From an archaeon (GTDB lineage Archaea; Nanobdellota; Nanobdellia; Pacearchaeales; GW2011-AR1): a DNA stretch of 34,730 bases. The notes under the pieces were generated by a model. It was not told where the DNA came from. It worked only from the letters and a program-made list of their open reading frames with translations, and searched no databases. The DNA lies in NCBI GenBank assembly GCA_030699005.1, contig JAUYLQ010000034.1:1-34730 (forward strand), read 5' to 3'. Both the position numbers and the translations under genes were made by a program. Of the stretch, positions 1 to 8,083 are shown in pieces (position 1 is the stretch's first letter; the number at the start of each line of letters is the position of its first letter).

Positions 1-668
1 ATGACATTCATGGAGGAGCAACAGATTTAATTTTTCCCCACCATGAGGCAGAGATTGCTCAAATGGAATCAATCTCGGGGAAAATTCCTCTTGTGAAGTA
101 TTGGATGCATACAGGATTTTTGAAAATCGGCAAGGAAAAGATGTCCAAATCTCTTGGGAATTTTTCTACAATAAAAGAGGTCCTTAAAGATTACGATTCA
201 GGAGTTTTAAGATACCTTTTTGCATCGGGGCATTACAGAAAACCACTTGACTTTTCTAAAAGCTCTCTTGAAAATGCAAGAAACTCTTTTGAAAGATTAA
301 AAAACATTTGTGCAAATTTGGAAGATGATGGAAAGGTAAATAAAAATTATTTAAAAGAGTTTGAAGAGAGTTTACAGGATGATTTTAATTCTCCAAAGGC
401 TCTTCAAATTCTGTGGGGACTTGTTCGCGATGAAACGGCAGAGGGGAAACACGAGGCAATAAAAAAAATGGATGAGGTTTTAGGTCTTAAGCTTTTAGAA
501 AAAAATGAGATTAAAATCCCAAAAGAAGTAGATGGATTACTAAAGAAAAGGGAAATTGCGAGGAAAAAAAAGGATTGGAAGGAATCTGACCTTCTAAGAG
601 AAAAAATAAAAGAACTTGGATATTTGGTTCTCGACGGAAAAGAAGGGCAGGAAGTTAAGAAAGTTTGA
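1..668 (+). CDS. cysS: Cysteinyl-tRNA synthetase, C-terminal part (5' end lies upstream of the window; frame starts at nt 3)
   Basis: From nt 3 the frame reads DIHGGATDLIFPHHEAEIAQMES..., then KMSKSLGNF (class I KMSKS loop) and a helical C-terminal domain. It is open to the TGA at 666-668. Confidence 0.9.
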   Translation, partial: DIHGGATDLIFPHHEAEIAQMESISGKIPLVKYWMHTGFLKIGKEKMSKSLGNFSTIKEVLKDYDSGVLRYLFASGHYRKPLDFSKSSLENARNSFERLKNICANLEDDGKVNKNYLKEFEESLQDDFNSPKALQILWGLVRDETAEGKHEAIKKMDEVLGLKLLEKNEIKIPKEVDGLLKKREIARKKKDWKESDLLREKIKELGYLVLDGKEGQEVKKV

Positions 669-1517
669 TTAATTCACTTTCTCTATGGAATTCAGTGTTT
701 TTAGAGCTGTAATCAAAAAACTGGTTTTTTTTGGAGCTTCTCCCATTGAGAAAATTGAATAATTGAGCCCCATAGATTCGGCTTTTTTATACGCATCTAA
801 AATATCTTTATCGGTTATTTTTCTTTTATCATAGGCAATTACCGCTTTTTCTTCTTTTCCTTTTTTCACTTTTAGAACCAGGTCTTTTTTGTTGAAACTC
901 ATTATATCCAAAATTTCAAAATTCTCCTCTGCAAGATGCTCTTTAATTTTATTGAAGAATTTTTCATCGCCTTTTTTAGCTGTTTTTTTGACCTTCCCCT
1001 TCATTTTTTTGACCTTTCTTTTTTTTGCGGACTCTTCTTTTCCTTCCGATTTTTCTATTGCTTCTTCTTCCGGTTTGCTTTTAGGAACCTCTTCTTTTTT
1101 GTAGTCCCCTTCATTTTCTGTAAAGTATCTCCATATAACTTTTCCATCTTTTTCAAAAGCTTTCGCAAAGTCTTTCAGGTTTCTAAACGCAACTTTTATT
1201 GCCGGTTCCTGTTCAGAATCGACTAGAAATTTTTCATTTTTTAGAAGAATAAGTGCTTCCCTTTCTTTTCCATTTATATATTCGATGTACCTTTCAAGTC
1301 CAACATCTTGCTCCGGAAGGAGGTACACTGGGCTTGTCCCAACTTTCATATACGAAGTTTTTATCATCCTGTTTGAGATTAATTCAGATAAGAAAGCCGA
1401 AGTGAAAAGCATGTCCATTCCCACAGCTTTTGCAATATGGACAGGAAGGCTTGGACCTTTTATTTTCAAGAAATTAATTATTCTGTCTTTCATCAAGCTC
1501 GCATCACTTATTGTCAT
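669..1517 (-). CDS. Winged-helix DNA-binding protein with a K/E-rich linker and a C-terminal Mrr_cat-like (restriction-endonuclease-fold) region; function unknown
   Basis: 282-aa ORF with ATG start. N-terminal segment IINFLKIKGPSLPVHIAKAVGMDMLFTSAFLSELISNRMIKTSYMKVGTSPVYLLP looks like a wHTH. Central KKRKVKKMKGKVKKTAKK linker. C-terminal FEILDI...DLVLKVKK...AVIAYDKRKITDKDILDAYKKAESMGLNYSIFSMGE resembles the Mrr catalytic-domain pattern but with altered catalytic positions. Confidence 0.6.
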   Translation of the reverse strand: MTISDASLMKDRIINFLKIKGPSLPVHIAKAVGMDMLFTSAFLSELISNRMIKTSYMKVGTSPVYLLPEQDVGLERYIEYINGKEREALILLKNEKFLVDSEQEPAIKVAFRNLKDFAKAFEKDGKVIWRYFTENEGDYKKEEVPKSKPEEEAIEKSEGKEESAKKRKVKKMKGKVKKTAKKGDEKFFNKIKEHLAEENFEILDIMSFNKKDLVLKVKKGKEEKAVIAYDKRKITDKDILDAYKKAESMGLNYSIFSMGEAPKKTSFLITALKTLNSIEKVN

Positions 1518-1562
1518 GAAAAGATTAAAAGACGACCAATTATAAATGTTTTTCTGGGGGAG

Positions 1563-2090
1563 TCAAAGTTTCTTCCAATTGACTTCATAATAAAGAATAT
1601 CATCCTCTGCATCCCGAATTGCTAAGAGAAGTTTTTTGTTTGTAGAATTAGCAACCCGGTTTTTTAGGATAAATTCCTGAATGTTAAGATTTTTTGAGGA
1701 CTCTTTTCCTGAAAGAAGCCAGGTGGAATGATCTTTTCCGGGTCTTTTTCCCTTTTCATAAACTGAAAAATCCGCCCCGTATTTTATTCCGGACTTCAAT
1801 ATTAGGCCTTTTTTTCTTAATTCTTCGTAAATTTTGTATTTTATGGGAAAATTTTTTTCTATTTTTGAGAATTTTTTAAAGGCATCTCCCCCACTTAAAA
1901 GTTTTTTGTTTGAGATTATTTTCATTCCTTTATTTTTTAAGAGGAAAAGCCCTTCATGAAGAGAGTAATATACCTTCTCATTTTTCTTTTCTCCGTAAAA
2001 ACTTTCTTTTGAAAGAGTGTAAGCTTTTTTTGAATTGCTTGAAAGGGTGTTTCCAAGGAGATGCGTTTCAAATGTCTCGTTTCTTTTCAT
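1563..2090 (-). CDS. endA: tRNA-splicing endonuclease
   Basis: 175 aa. YEELRKKGLILKSGIKYGADFSVYEKG...DHSTWLL matches the archaeal EndA catalytic domain pattern (Y/H/K triad region). Confidence 0.85.
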   Translation of the reverse strand: MKRNETFETHLLGNTLSSNSKKAYTLSKESFYGEKKNEKVYYSLHEGLFLLKNKGMKIISNKKLLSGGDAFKKFSKIEKNFPIKYKIYEELRKKGLILKSGIKYGADFSVYEKGKRPGKDHSTWLLSGKESSKNLNIQEFILKNRVANSTNKKLLLAIRDAEDDILYYEVNWKKL

Positions 2091-2211
2091 GATCTGATTA
2101 GTAAATGAGAATATTTAAAAGTTTATTCTAAGTGTTAAAATTCATTCATATAGGGAATTTTCACAGTTTCGCCATCAAAAATCTATTAAACCCCTTTTAA
2201 TTTAGTTCTTA

Positions 2212-4677
2212 ATGGATGAAATTAATTTTAACCATATAGAAAAAAAATGGCAGAAAAAGTGGGATGAAGAAAGGACATTTTCTGTAAATGAAAAAAGCAA
2301 AAAGAAGAAATTTTACTGTCTTGAGATGTTTCCATACCCCTCTGGCTCGGGAATTCACATGGGACATGCCTTGAATTATACTATTGGGGACATTTATGCA
2401 AGGTATAAGGTCATGAATGGCTTCAATGTCCTTCACCCAATTGGTTATGATGCCCTTGGTCTCCCTGCCGAAAATGCCGCAATAAAGGTGGGAACTCACC
2501 CAGAAGTTTATACCAAAAAGTCAATGAAGAATTTTACTTTGCAACTAAAAGCACTTGGTCTTAGTTATGACTGGGAAAGGTTACTTGATACTTCAGACCC
2601 CAAATATTACAAATGGGATCAGTGGATTTTTTTAAAAATGCTTGAAGATGGCCTTGCATATCAAAAAGAATCTGCTGTAAACTGGTGCCCTCTTTGCAAC
2701 ACGGTTCTTGCAAATGAACAGGTTACTAATAACGGAACTTGCTGGAGGCATGAGAAAACAAAAGTTGAAGTCAGGTCGCTTAAACAATGGTTTTTAAAAA
2801 TTACAGATTATGCTGATGAACTTCTGGACAAGATTGATGACCTGAACTGGCCAGAAAGAACAAAAACAATGCAAAAGCACTGGATAGGAAAAAGCTACGG
2901 GACGGAGATTGATTTTTTAGTTAACGGCGAAAAATGGCCTGTTTTTACAACAAGGCCAGACACAATTTACGGAGTCACTTTTGTAGTCGTTTCACCATAT
3001 CACAAAGATTTTTTGAAGCTCGTGACAAAGGAGCAAAATAAGGAAGTAGATAAATTTTTAAAAAAATTAAATTCGGTCTCCGAAAAAGATACGGTTGACC
3101 TCGAAAAAGAGGGAGTTTTTACGGGTTCATACGCCATTAATCCCGTTACAAATGAAAAAGTTCCAATTTACTTGGGAAATTTTGTTGTCGCCGATTACGG
3201 AAGCGGAATGGTCATGGCGGTTCCTGCTCATGACAAAAGAGATTATGAATTTGCAAAGAAGTATGGAATAAAAATAAAGATTGTTATTGACCCAATTGAC
3301 TTCGAACTAAATAATAAAAACATAGCTGAAGCATATACTGGAGAGGGGACTCTCATTAATTCGGGGGAGTTTAATGGAGTTAAAAATGAGGTGGCAAAGG
3401 AATTGATTACAAAATACCTCTCTAATAAAAAATTTGGAAAGAAGTCTGTTCAGTTTAGGCTTAAAGACTGGGGAATTTCACGCCAAAGGTATTGGGGAAC
3501 CCCCATCCCGATAATTCATTGTGAAAAATGCGGGGCAGTTCCAGTTCCTGTTAAAGACCTTCCGGTTAAACTTCCAAAAGAGGTTGAATTTGGGAAGGGA
3601 AACCCCCTTTTAACAAATGAGAAGTGGATAAATGTAAAATGTCCAAAATGCAAAAGTAAGGCCAAAAGAGAAGCGGACACTATGGATACATTTGTAAACT
3701 CCTCGTGGTATTTTTTAAGATATTGCGACACGAATAATGAGGATGAAATTTTTGACAAAAAGAAAGTCGAATACTGGAGCCCTGTTGACACTTATATTGG
3801 AGGAGCAGAGCATGCATGCATGCATCTAATTTATTCAAGGTTTTATGTAAAGTTTTTGAGAGACCTAGGCCTTTTAAGTTTTGATGAACCTGCAGTAAGA
3901 CTTTTTCATCAGGGATTAATTCATGCCGAAGATGGGGAAAAAATGTCAAAGTCAAAGGGAAATGTTGTTGACCCTTTAATTACTTCAAAAAAGTACGGGG
4001 TTGATTCACTCAGGCTTTTTTTGGTTTCGGTTGCGTCTCCTGATAAAGACTTCGACTGGAGTGAAAAGGGAATAGAAGGAAGTTTTAGATTTATCAAAAG
4101 AGTATCTGGCTTTTTTAAGGATGCGAAGATTGGAGAAAATTCAAAAGAACTTGATTTTGAAATAAATAATTCAATAAAAAGTGTCGGAGAGGACGTTGAA
4201 AACTTTGAATACAGAAAGGCAACGATAAAATTAAGAGAGATTTTTGAACTCATTTCAAAAGAGAAAGAGGTAAAGAAGGAAGTTCTTGAAAACTTTTTGA
4301 AGTTGCTTTCTCCTTTTTGCCCTCACTTAACCGAAGAACTTTGGGAGAGACTTGGGAATAAAACTTTACTTTCAACAAGCAAATGGCCGGAATTTAAAGA
4401 AATGAAATTAAAGGAAAAAGCGAAATTTGACATTAATTCAAAGATAGTTGAAGATGTTTTGAAAATAATCAAAAAGTATGAAGAAAAAGGAAAAAAGATA
4501 AAGAAAGTTTATTTTTACACGGTTCCTTTTGAATTCGATAAGTTGAACAATGAAAAATTGAAAAAAGGCATTGGAAAAGAGGTCCTTATTTATTCAGTTA
4601 AGGATGAGAAAAAATATGACCCCGAGAACAAGGCAAAGAAGGCACGGCCGGGAATGCCGGCATTTTATTTTGAATAA
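2212..4677 (+). CDS. leuS: Leucyl-tRNA synthetase, bacterial-type
   Basis: 821 aa. FYCLEMFPYPSGSGIHMGHALNYTIGDIYARYKVMNGFNVLHPIGYDALGLPAENAAIK, NWCPLCNTVLANEQV, RPDT..., RDWGISRQRYWGTPIP, KMSKSKGN. Visibly collinear with my recollection of E. coli LeuRS through the anticodon-binding domain. Confidence 0.95.
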   Translation: MDEINFNHIEKKWQKKWDEERTFSVNEKSKKKKFYCLEMFPYPSGSGIHMGHALNYTIGDIYARYKVMNGFNVLHPIGYDALGLPAENAAIKVGTHPEVYTKKSMKNFTLQLKALGLSYDWERLLDTSDPKYYKWDQWIFLKMLEDGLAYQKESAVNWCPLCNTVLANEQVTNNGTCWRHEKTKVEVRSLKQWFLKITDYADELLDKIDDLNWPERTKTMQKHWIGKSYGTEIDFLVNGEKWPVFTTRPDTIYGVTFVVVSPYHKDFLKLVTKEQNKEVDKFLKKLNSVSEKDTVDLEKEGVFTGSYAINPVTNEKVPIYLGNFVVADYGSGMVMAVPAHDKRDYEFAKKYGIKIKIVIDPIDFELNNKNIAEAYTGEGTLINSGEFNGVKNEVAKELITKYLSNKKFGKKSVQFRLKDWGISRQRYWGTPIPIIHCEKCGAVPVPVKDLPVKLPKEVEFGKGNPLLTNEKWINVKCPKCKSKAKREADTMDTFVNSSWYFLRYCDTNNEDEIFDKKKVEYWSPVDTYIGGAEHACMHLIYSRFYVKFLRDLGLLSFDEPAVRLFHQGLIHAEDGEKMSKSKGNVVDPLITSKKYGVDSLRLFLVSVASPDKDFDWSEKGIEGSFRFIKRVSGFFKDAKIGENSKELDFEINNSIKSVGEDVENFEYRKATIKLREIFELISKEKEVKKEVLENFLKLLSPFCPHLTEELWERLGNKTLLSTSKWPEFKEMKLKEKAKFDINSKIVEDVLKIIKKYEEKGKKIKKVYFYTVPFEFDKLNNEKLKKGIGKEVLIYSVKDEKKYDPENKAKKARPGMPAFYFE

Positions 4678-4737
4678 ATTCTTTTGAAATTCAAGAAAAT
4701 TGAGTAAATTTAAAAACTACCCTTTTCTTGAATTTTT

Positions 4738-5214
4738 ATGATAGACAAGAAGAAATTACTAGTTGAACTTGATGAGGCATTCAAAGAAGCTCAAAAAGAA
4801 TTAGGGTTTAAGACAAGTTTTAAAGATCTGGAAAGAGAGTTTTCTCTTCAAGATTCTGTTTTGTCTACCGGATTTGTTTCTACTGAGTTTTCAAGGCAGA
4901 TTTGCTCACGCATCGTTGAATTCTATAGGGACTGGCATGGATACTTAAACAATCTCCTTCTTCCAAACCCTTCTTACTATGCAGGGCAGACTGAGTCAAA
5001 GCTGTTTAATTCTGAAGAGGATAAAAAAAGAATATGGAACTTGATAAAAATTTCAATGAAGTTTTCGAGTGCCCATTCTTTAAACATGTTAAGTGGAGAC
5101 AATAAAATGCTCTCGAAATTTATTGATGAAGGATACCTTTCATGGATAAATGCGTTCAGACCAGGGCTTATGTACGTCCTTAGTAAGGTAAGTGATGGTT
5201 GGAAGAAGGAATAA
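4738..5214 (+). CDS. Hypothetical cytoplasmic protein
   Basis: 158-aa ORF with ATG start about 28 nt after a TATA-like element (leaderless geometry). No motif recognised. Confidence 0.55.
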   Translation: MIDKKKLLVELDEAFKEAQKELGFKTSFKDLEREFSLQDSVLSTGFVSTEFSRQICSRIVEFYRDWHGYLNNLLLPNPSYYAGQTESKLFNSEEDKKRIWNLIKISMKFSSAHSLNMLSGDNKMLSKFIDEGYLSWINAFRPGLMYVLSKVSDGWKKE

Positions 5215-5249
5215 GAGCTTTTTTATATTTATTTTATCTGGTTATATAC

Positions 5250-6380
5250 ATGAAAGGAGACCCTAAAAAAGAAGGTGTGAAAAAGGAGGACTTAAAAAAA
5301 GAAGGTAAAGTCTCTTCTTCAGCAGATGAAAAAAAAGAAAAAATGTTAAGTTTTCTGCTTAATCCAATCTTTTTAATTATTTTTTCAATCCTAATTCTTG
5401 CAATCATCCTGTTTACAGTCTTTTCAGGGGTGGAAGAAACTTTTGAATTTTCTAATTGCGGGGACGGAACTTTTTCCGGATACTGTTCATTAAGTAAGCC
5501 ATACTTTTGCTTGAATGAAACTTTAGTTGAAAACGAAGTTTTATGCGGGTGTTCAGAAAGTTTTAATTTCAATGGAGTAGAGTGTGTTTCCGAATATGAC
5601 TCTTTAATTGAAGAAAAATATTTTGATTATATTCTAAACGGAGAGAATGGAACTCTTTATTTTAAATCGCGAGCTCTGGTTTTAAATGAGCTGTTGGCCC
5701 TACCAAGATACCAGGTTTATTTTGCAAATCAAACCCCGCGCCGTGATGACTTTGCCCTTAAAAAAATAGACAATCCTTTGCAGACTGAGTTTTTAAGCCC
5801 ACTTGTTATTGAAATTCAAAATTTATATCCAGTTTCAAAGGATATGCAGGCAAAAGTGGCTGTAAGTCTTGTTCAAAATATTCATTATAATGAATCTCAG
5901 TTTATTTCCTTTTTTGGAAATGATGTCAGAGTCTCAAGATATCCTTATCAGGTTCTTTCAGAGGGTCAGGGAGAATGTGAAGGGAAGTCCGAACTTCTTG
6001 CCTTTTTTTTGAAAGAAATGGGCTACGGGGTAGTTTTATTTTATTATCCCAATGAAAATCATGAAGCTGTTGGAATTAAGTGTCCAATTGAAGAAAGTTA
6101 TCTCGGAACAGGTTATTGCTTTGTTGAAACTACAATGCCAAGTCCAATATCTTTTAGCGAAGGAAGATATTTGAAAGAAGGAGGAATCGGAAAACTTTCA
6201 AGTGAGCCCGAAATCATCCTGATTAATGAAGGGATGTCTTTAGGTGAAAATCTTGAAGATTATAAAGATTCGAAAACCCTCTCAAAAATCATTATTGCAA
6301 ATGAGAATAATGGCGGCCTTAATTCTTTTGAAAAAAAGGCAATGGATAATTTGAGAAAGAAGTATGGTTTGCAATATTAA
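5250..6380 (+). CDS. Membrane-anchored protein with Cys-rich ectodomain and transglutaminase-like (Cys-His) core
   Basis: ATG at 5250; the ORF-track start at 5199 is TTG. K/E-rich N-terminus, TM helix FLLNPIFLIIFSILILAIILFTVF, Cys-rich FSNCGDGTFSGYCSLSKPYFCLNE...LCGCSE...GVECV. Then GQGECEGKSELLAFFLKEMGYGVVLFYYPNENHEAVGIKC...GYCFVETT resembles the transglutaminase-like C...H...D/E core. Confidence 0.6.
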   Translation: MKGDPKKEGVKKEDLKKEGKVSSSADEKKEKMLSFLLNPIFLIIFSILILAIILFTVFSGVEETFEFSNCGDGTFSGYCSLSKPYFCLNETLVENEVLCGCSESFNFNGVECVSEYDSLIEEKYFDYILNGENGTLYFKSRALVLNELLALPRYQVYFANQTPRRDDFALKKIDNPLQTEFLSPLVIEIQNLYPVSKDMQAKVAVSLVQNIHYNESQFISFFGNDVRVSRYPYQVLSEGQGECEGKSELLAFFLKEMGYGVVLFYYPNENHEAVGIKCPIEESYLGTGYCFVETTMPSPISFSEGRYLKEGGIGKLSSEPEIILINEGMSLGENLEDYKDSKTLSKIIIANENNGGLNSFEKKAMDNLRKKYGLQY

Positions 6381-6420
6381 TGAATACTGCTAAAATAAAA
6401 AATAAAAAAATAAAAAATTA

Positions 6421-7227
6421 TTATCTTTTTTCAAAGCCAAAGAATACTTTTACTTTTGACCAAAAGTTTCCTTCACTTCCAGATTTGCCGTTTTTAGCTG
6501 AAGCTTCGGTTTCTAAATCTGCATCCCCCTCTGCTTCAACATCTTCATTTCCCGATTCAACCTTTTTACCTTCTTTCACTTCTGAATTTTTGGTTGCAAA
6601 AGTCAATTCATAGCTTTCTCCCGAATCAAGCTTAAGCGTCCCTTTCCATATGCTGAATCCCGTTAAGGAGGCCATCTCGCTCAATTCAAGAATTCCTTCA
6701 ACCTTGTTTTTCCCTTCCATGTTCACATCAAACGTAATTTTGCCATCATTTTTCGATGTGAGAGTTAAACCCATTGTTGGGTTTGTTCCTATCTTAAGTT
6801 TTCCTTTTGCAAGGTCAAACTCTTCGTAATCTTCTGTTCTTACATAAGACCCTTCAACAAGAACAATCCTCATAAAGTCCCCTCCGTTTTCACTACTTAT
6901 TACCCAGCCTTCTCCTTGCATGACATAAATCAAGCTGCTTGCTTTGGCATCTACATCCAAAGAATTCTCAAGACTTTTTACATTTGAATTAACTGAGAAA
7001 GAATCTTCCGAATCATCTTCTTCCGAATCAACTCCAAGATTGATGTTGGAATTCGCGTTCGCATTTGCGGCCGAATTGGAATTTACTCCGATTCCAACAT
7101 TCCCATTGGCATTAATTCCTCCAAGTAAGTCTGCAGAGGCAAATGATGCTGAACCAAGAACGCTTCCTATAATAAGGAGGCCAAAAATTACTGCCGACAT
7201 CTTTTCTAACTTCTTTTCGTTTTTCAT
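6421..7227 (-). CDS. Secreted protein with Asn-rich low-complexity region; unknown function
   Basis: 268 aa. Signal-peptide-like N-terminus MSAVIFGLLIIGSVLGSASFASA, then GINANGNVGIGVNSNSAANANANSNINLG, a beta-rich body and an acidic C-terminal part. SD-like GGGGGAAGG lies a few nt upstream of the ATG. Confidence 0.7.
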   Translation of the reverse strand: MKNEKKLEKMSAVIFGLLIIGSVLGSASFASADLLGGINANGNVGIGVNSNSAANANANSNINLGVDSEEDDSEDSFSVNSNVKSLENSLDVDAKASSLIYVMQGEGWVISSENGGDFMRIVLVEGSYVRTEDYEEFDLAKGKLKIGTNPTMGLTLTSKNDGKITFDVNMEGKNKVEGILELSEMASLTGFSIWKGTLKLDSGESYELTFATKNSEVKEGKKVESGNEDVEAEGDADLETEASAKNGKSGSEGNFWSKVKVFFGFEKR

Positions 7228-7335
7228 GATTTTCCTTCCCCCTTTTTACCTTTATCTTTTTCCATGCAAAGGTCAAGATGAAATTCTTTATTTAATCTGC
7301 CCGGGACTTATTCTGGGACTTATTTGGAACCAATT

Positions 7336-8082
7336 TTATTTAGAAAGTCCTACAAATTTGTTTCTTCCTTCTCCAGTTCTTTTGACCAAACCTTTTTTTT
7401 CAAGTTCCTGTATATGCCTAAAAAAGGATGATTTAGAGATACCAGTCAATTTCCTAAGGTGAGAGCTTTTTATTTTTCCTTTCTCTTTTAAGGTTTCTAT
7501 AATAAGATTTTCTTTTTCAGAAAGAATTTCCTGGATAATTTCTATTTTATTCTTTTCTTTTTTCTTTGGGATTGTTTTTCTCTTTTTTTCATAATGATTT
7601 TTGTAATAATAAAAAGCGCTTCCAAAGAGTAAAAGAATTGCAAGGATTATTGCCGTAAGAGTGAAGTTCGTTTTGTTATTTTTTTCAATTACATAAGAAA
7701 TTGTTATATTATTAAGATTGTACACAGTCACCTTCCCGTTTGAGATGTAAACTTCCCCGTTTGTTTCTTTGACAATTGAATTTTTGGGAAGGAAAACTTT
7801 TATTTCAGACGCATTTAGATAAAATGAAAAGGTCCAGACTTCTTCTGATTTAGAAGTTTGAAGAATGGTTTCTCCGATTATTCTTCCGTTCTCAAGTTTA
7901 ACCCCCTCGGGAAGGAATTTCGTTATGTCCTCACTTGAACTTCCAAGAAAAAGTGAGTTTCCCGTCTCATCAATGTGAACAATTACTTCGCTTTCTCCCG
8001 AGATGAAGGGTAATAAAGAACCAACTAACAAAAAAATTGTTAAAATTTTAATTATTGAAATAGACTTTTTGGCATATCTCAT
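7336..8082 (-). CDS. Membrane-anchored transcriptional regulator (signal peptide, extracytoplasmic domain, TM helix, cytoplasmic wHTH)
   Basis: 248 aa. N-terminal hydrophobic ILTIFLLVGSLLPFISG, mid TM LTAIILAILLLFGSAFYYY, basic stop-transfer KKRKTIPKKKEK. C-terminal LIIETLKEKGKIKSSHLRKLTGISKSSFFRHIQELEKKGLVKRTGEGRNKF is a typical winged HTH. The ATG lies 1 nt after the alaS stop. Confidence 0.75.
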   Translation of the reverse strand: MRYAKKSISIIKILTIFLLVGSLLPFISGESEVIVHIDETGNSLFLGSSSEDITKFLPEGVKLENGRIIGETILQTSKSEEVWTFSFYLNASEIKVFLPKNSIVKETNGEVYISNGKVTVYNLNNITISYVIEKNNKTNFTLTAIILAILLLFGSAFYYYKNHYEKKRKTIPKKKEKNKIEIIQEILSEKENLIIETLKEKGKIKSSHLRKLTGISKSSFFRHIQELEKKGLVKRTGEGRNKFVGLSK

Positions 8083-8083
8083 T

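Noticed and set aside
889-1545. Several + strand ORFs (889-1104, 936-1226, 1285-1545, 1437-1625) overlapping the 669-1517 gene
   Set aside because: They are F/L/S-rich shadow frames, antisense to a K/E-rich gene, with no motifs. The minus-strand ORF is longer and has recognisable wHTH features.
5199-5249. TTG-initiated extension of the transglutaminase-like ORF. Similar non-ATG starts occur at 13351 (GTG), 14424 (GTG), 20156 (TTG), 28047 (TTG), 31880 (TTG) and 33419 (TTG).
   Set aside because: In each case an in-frame ATG follows within a few codons with better promoter or SD geometry. The extensions overlap upstream genes or add hydrophobic junk.
6944-7462. 172-aa + strand ORF spanning the antisense of two genes and their spacer (also 6380-6613)
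   Set aside because: It crosses an intergenic region and is antisense to two better-supported minus-strand genes (signal peptide, TM and wHTH features). It has no motifs.
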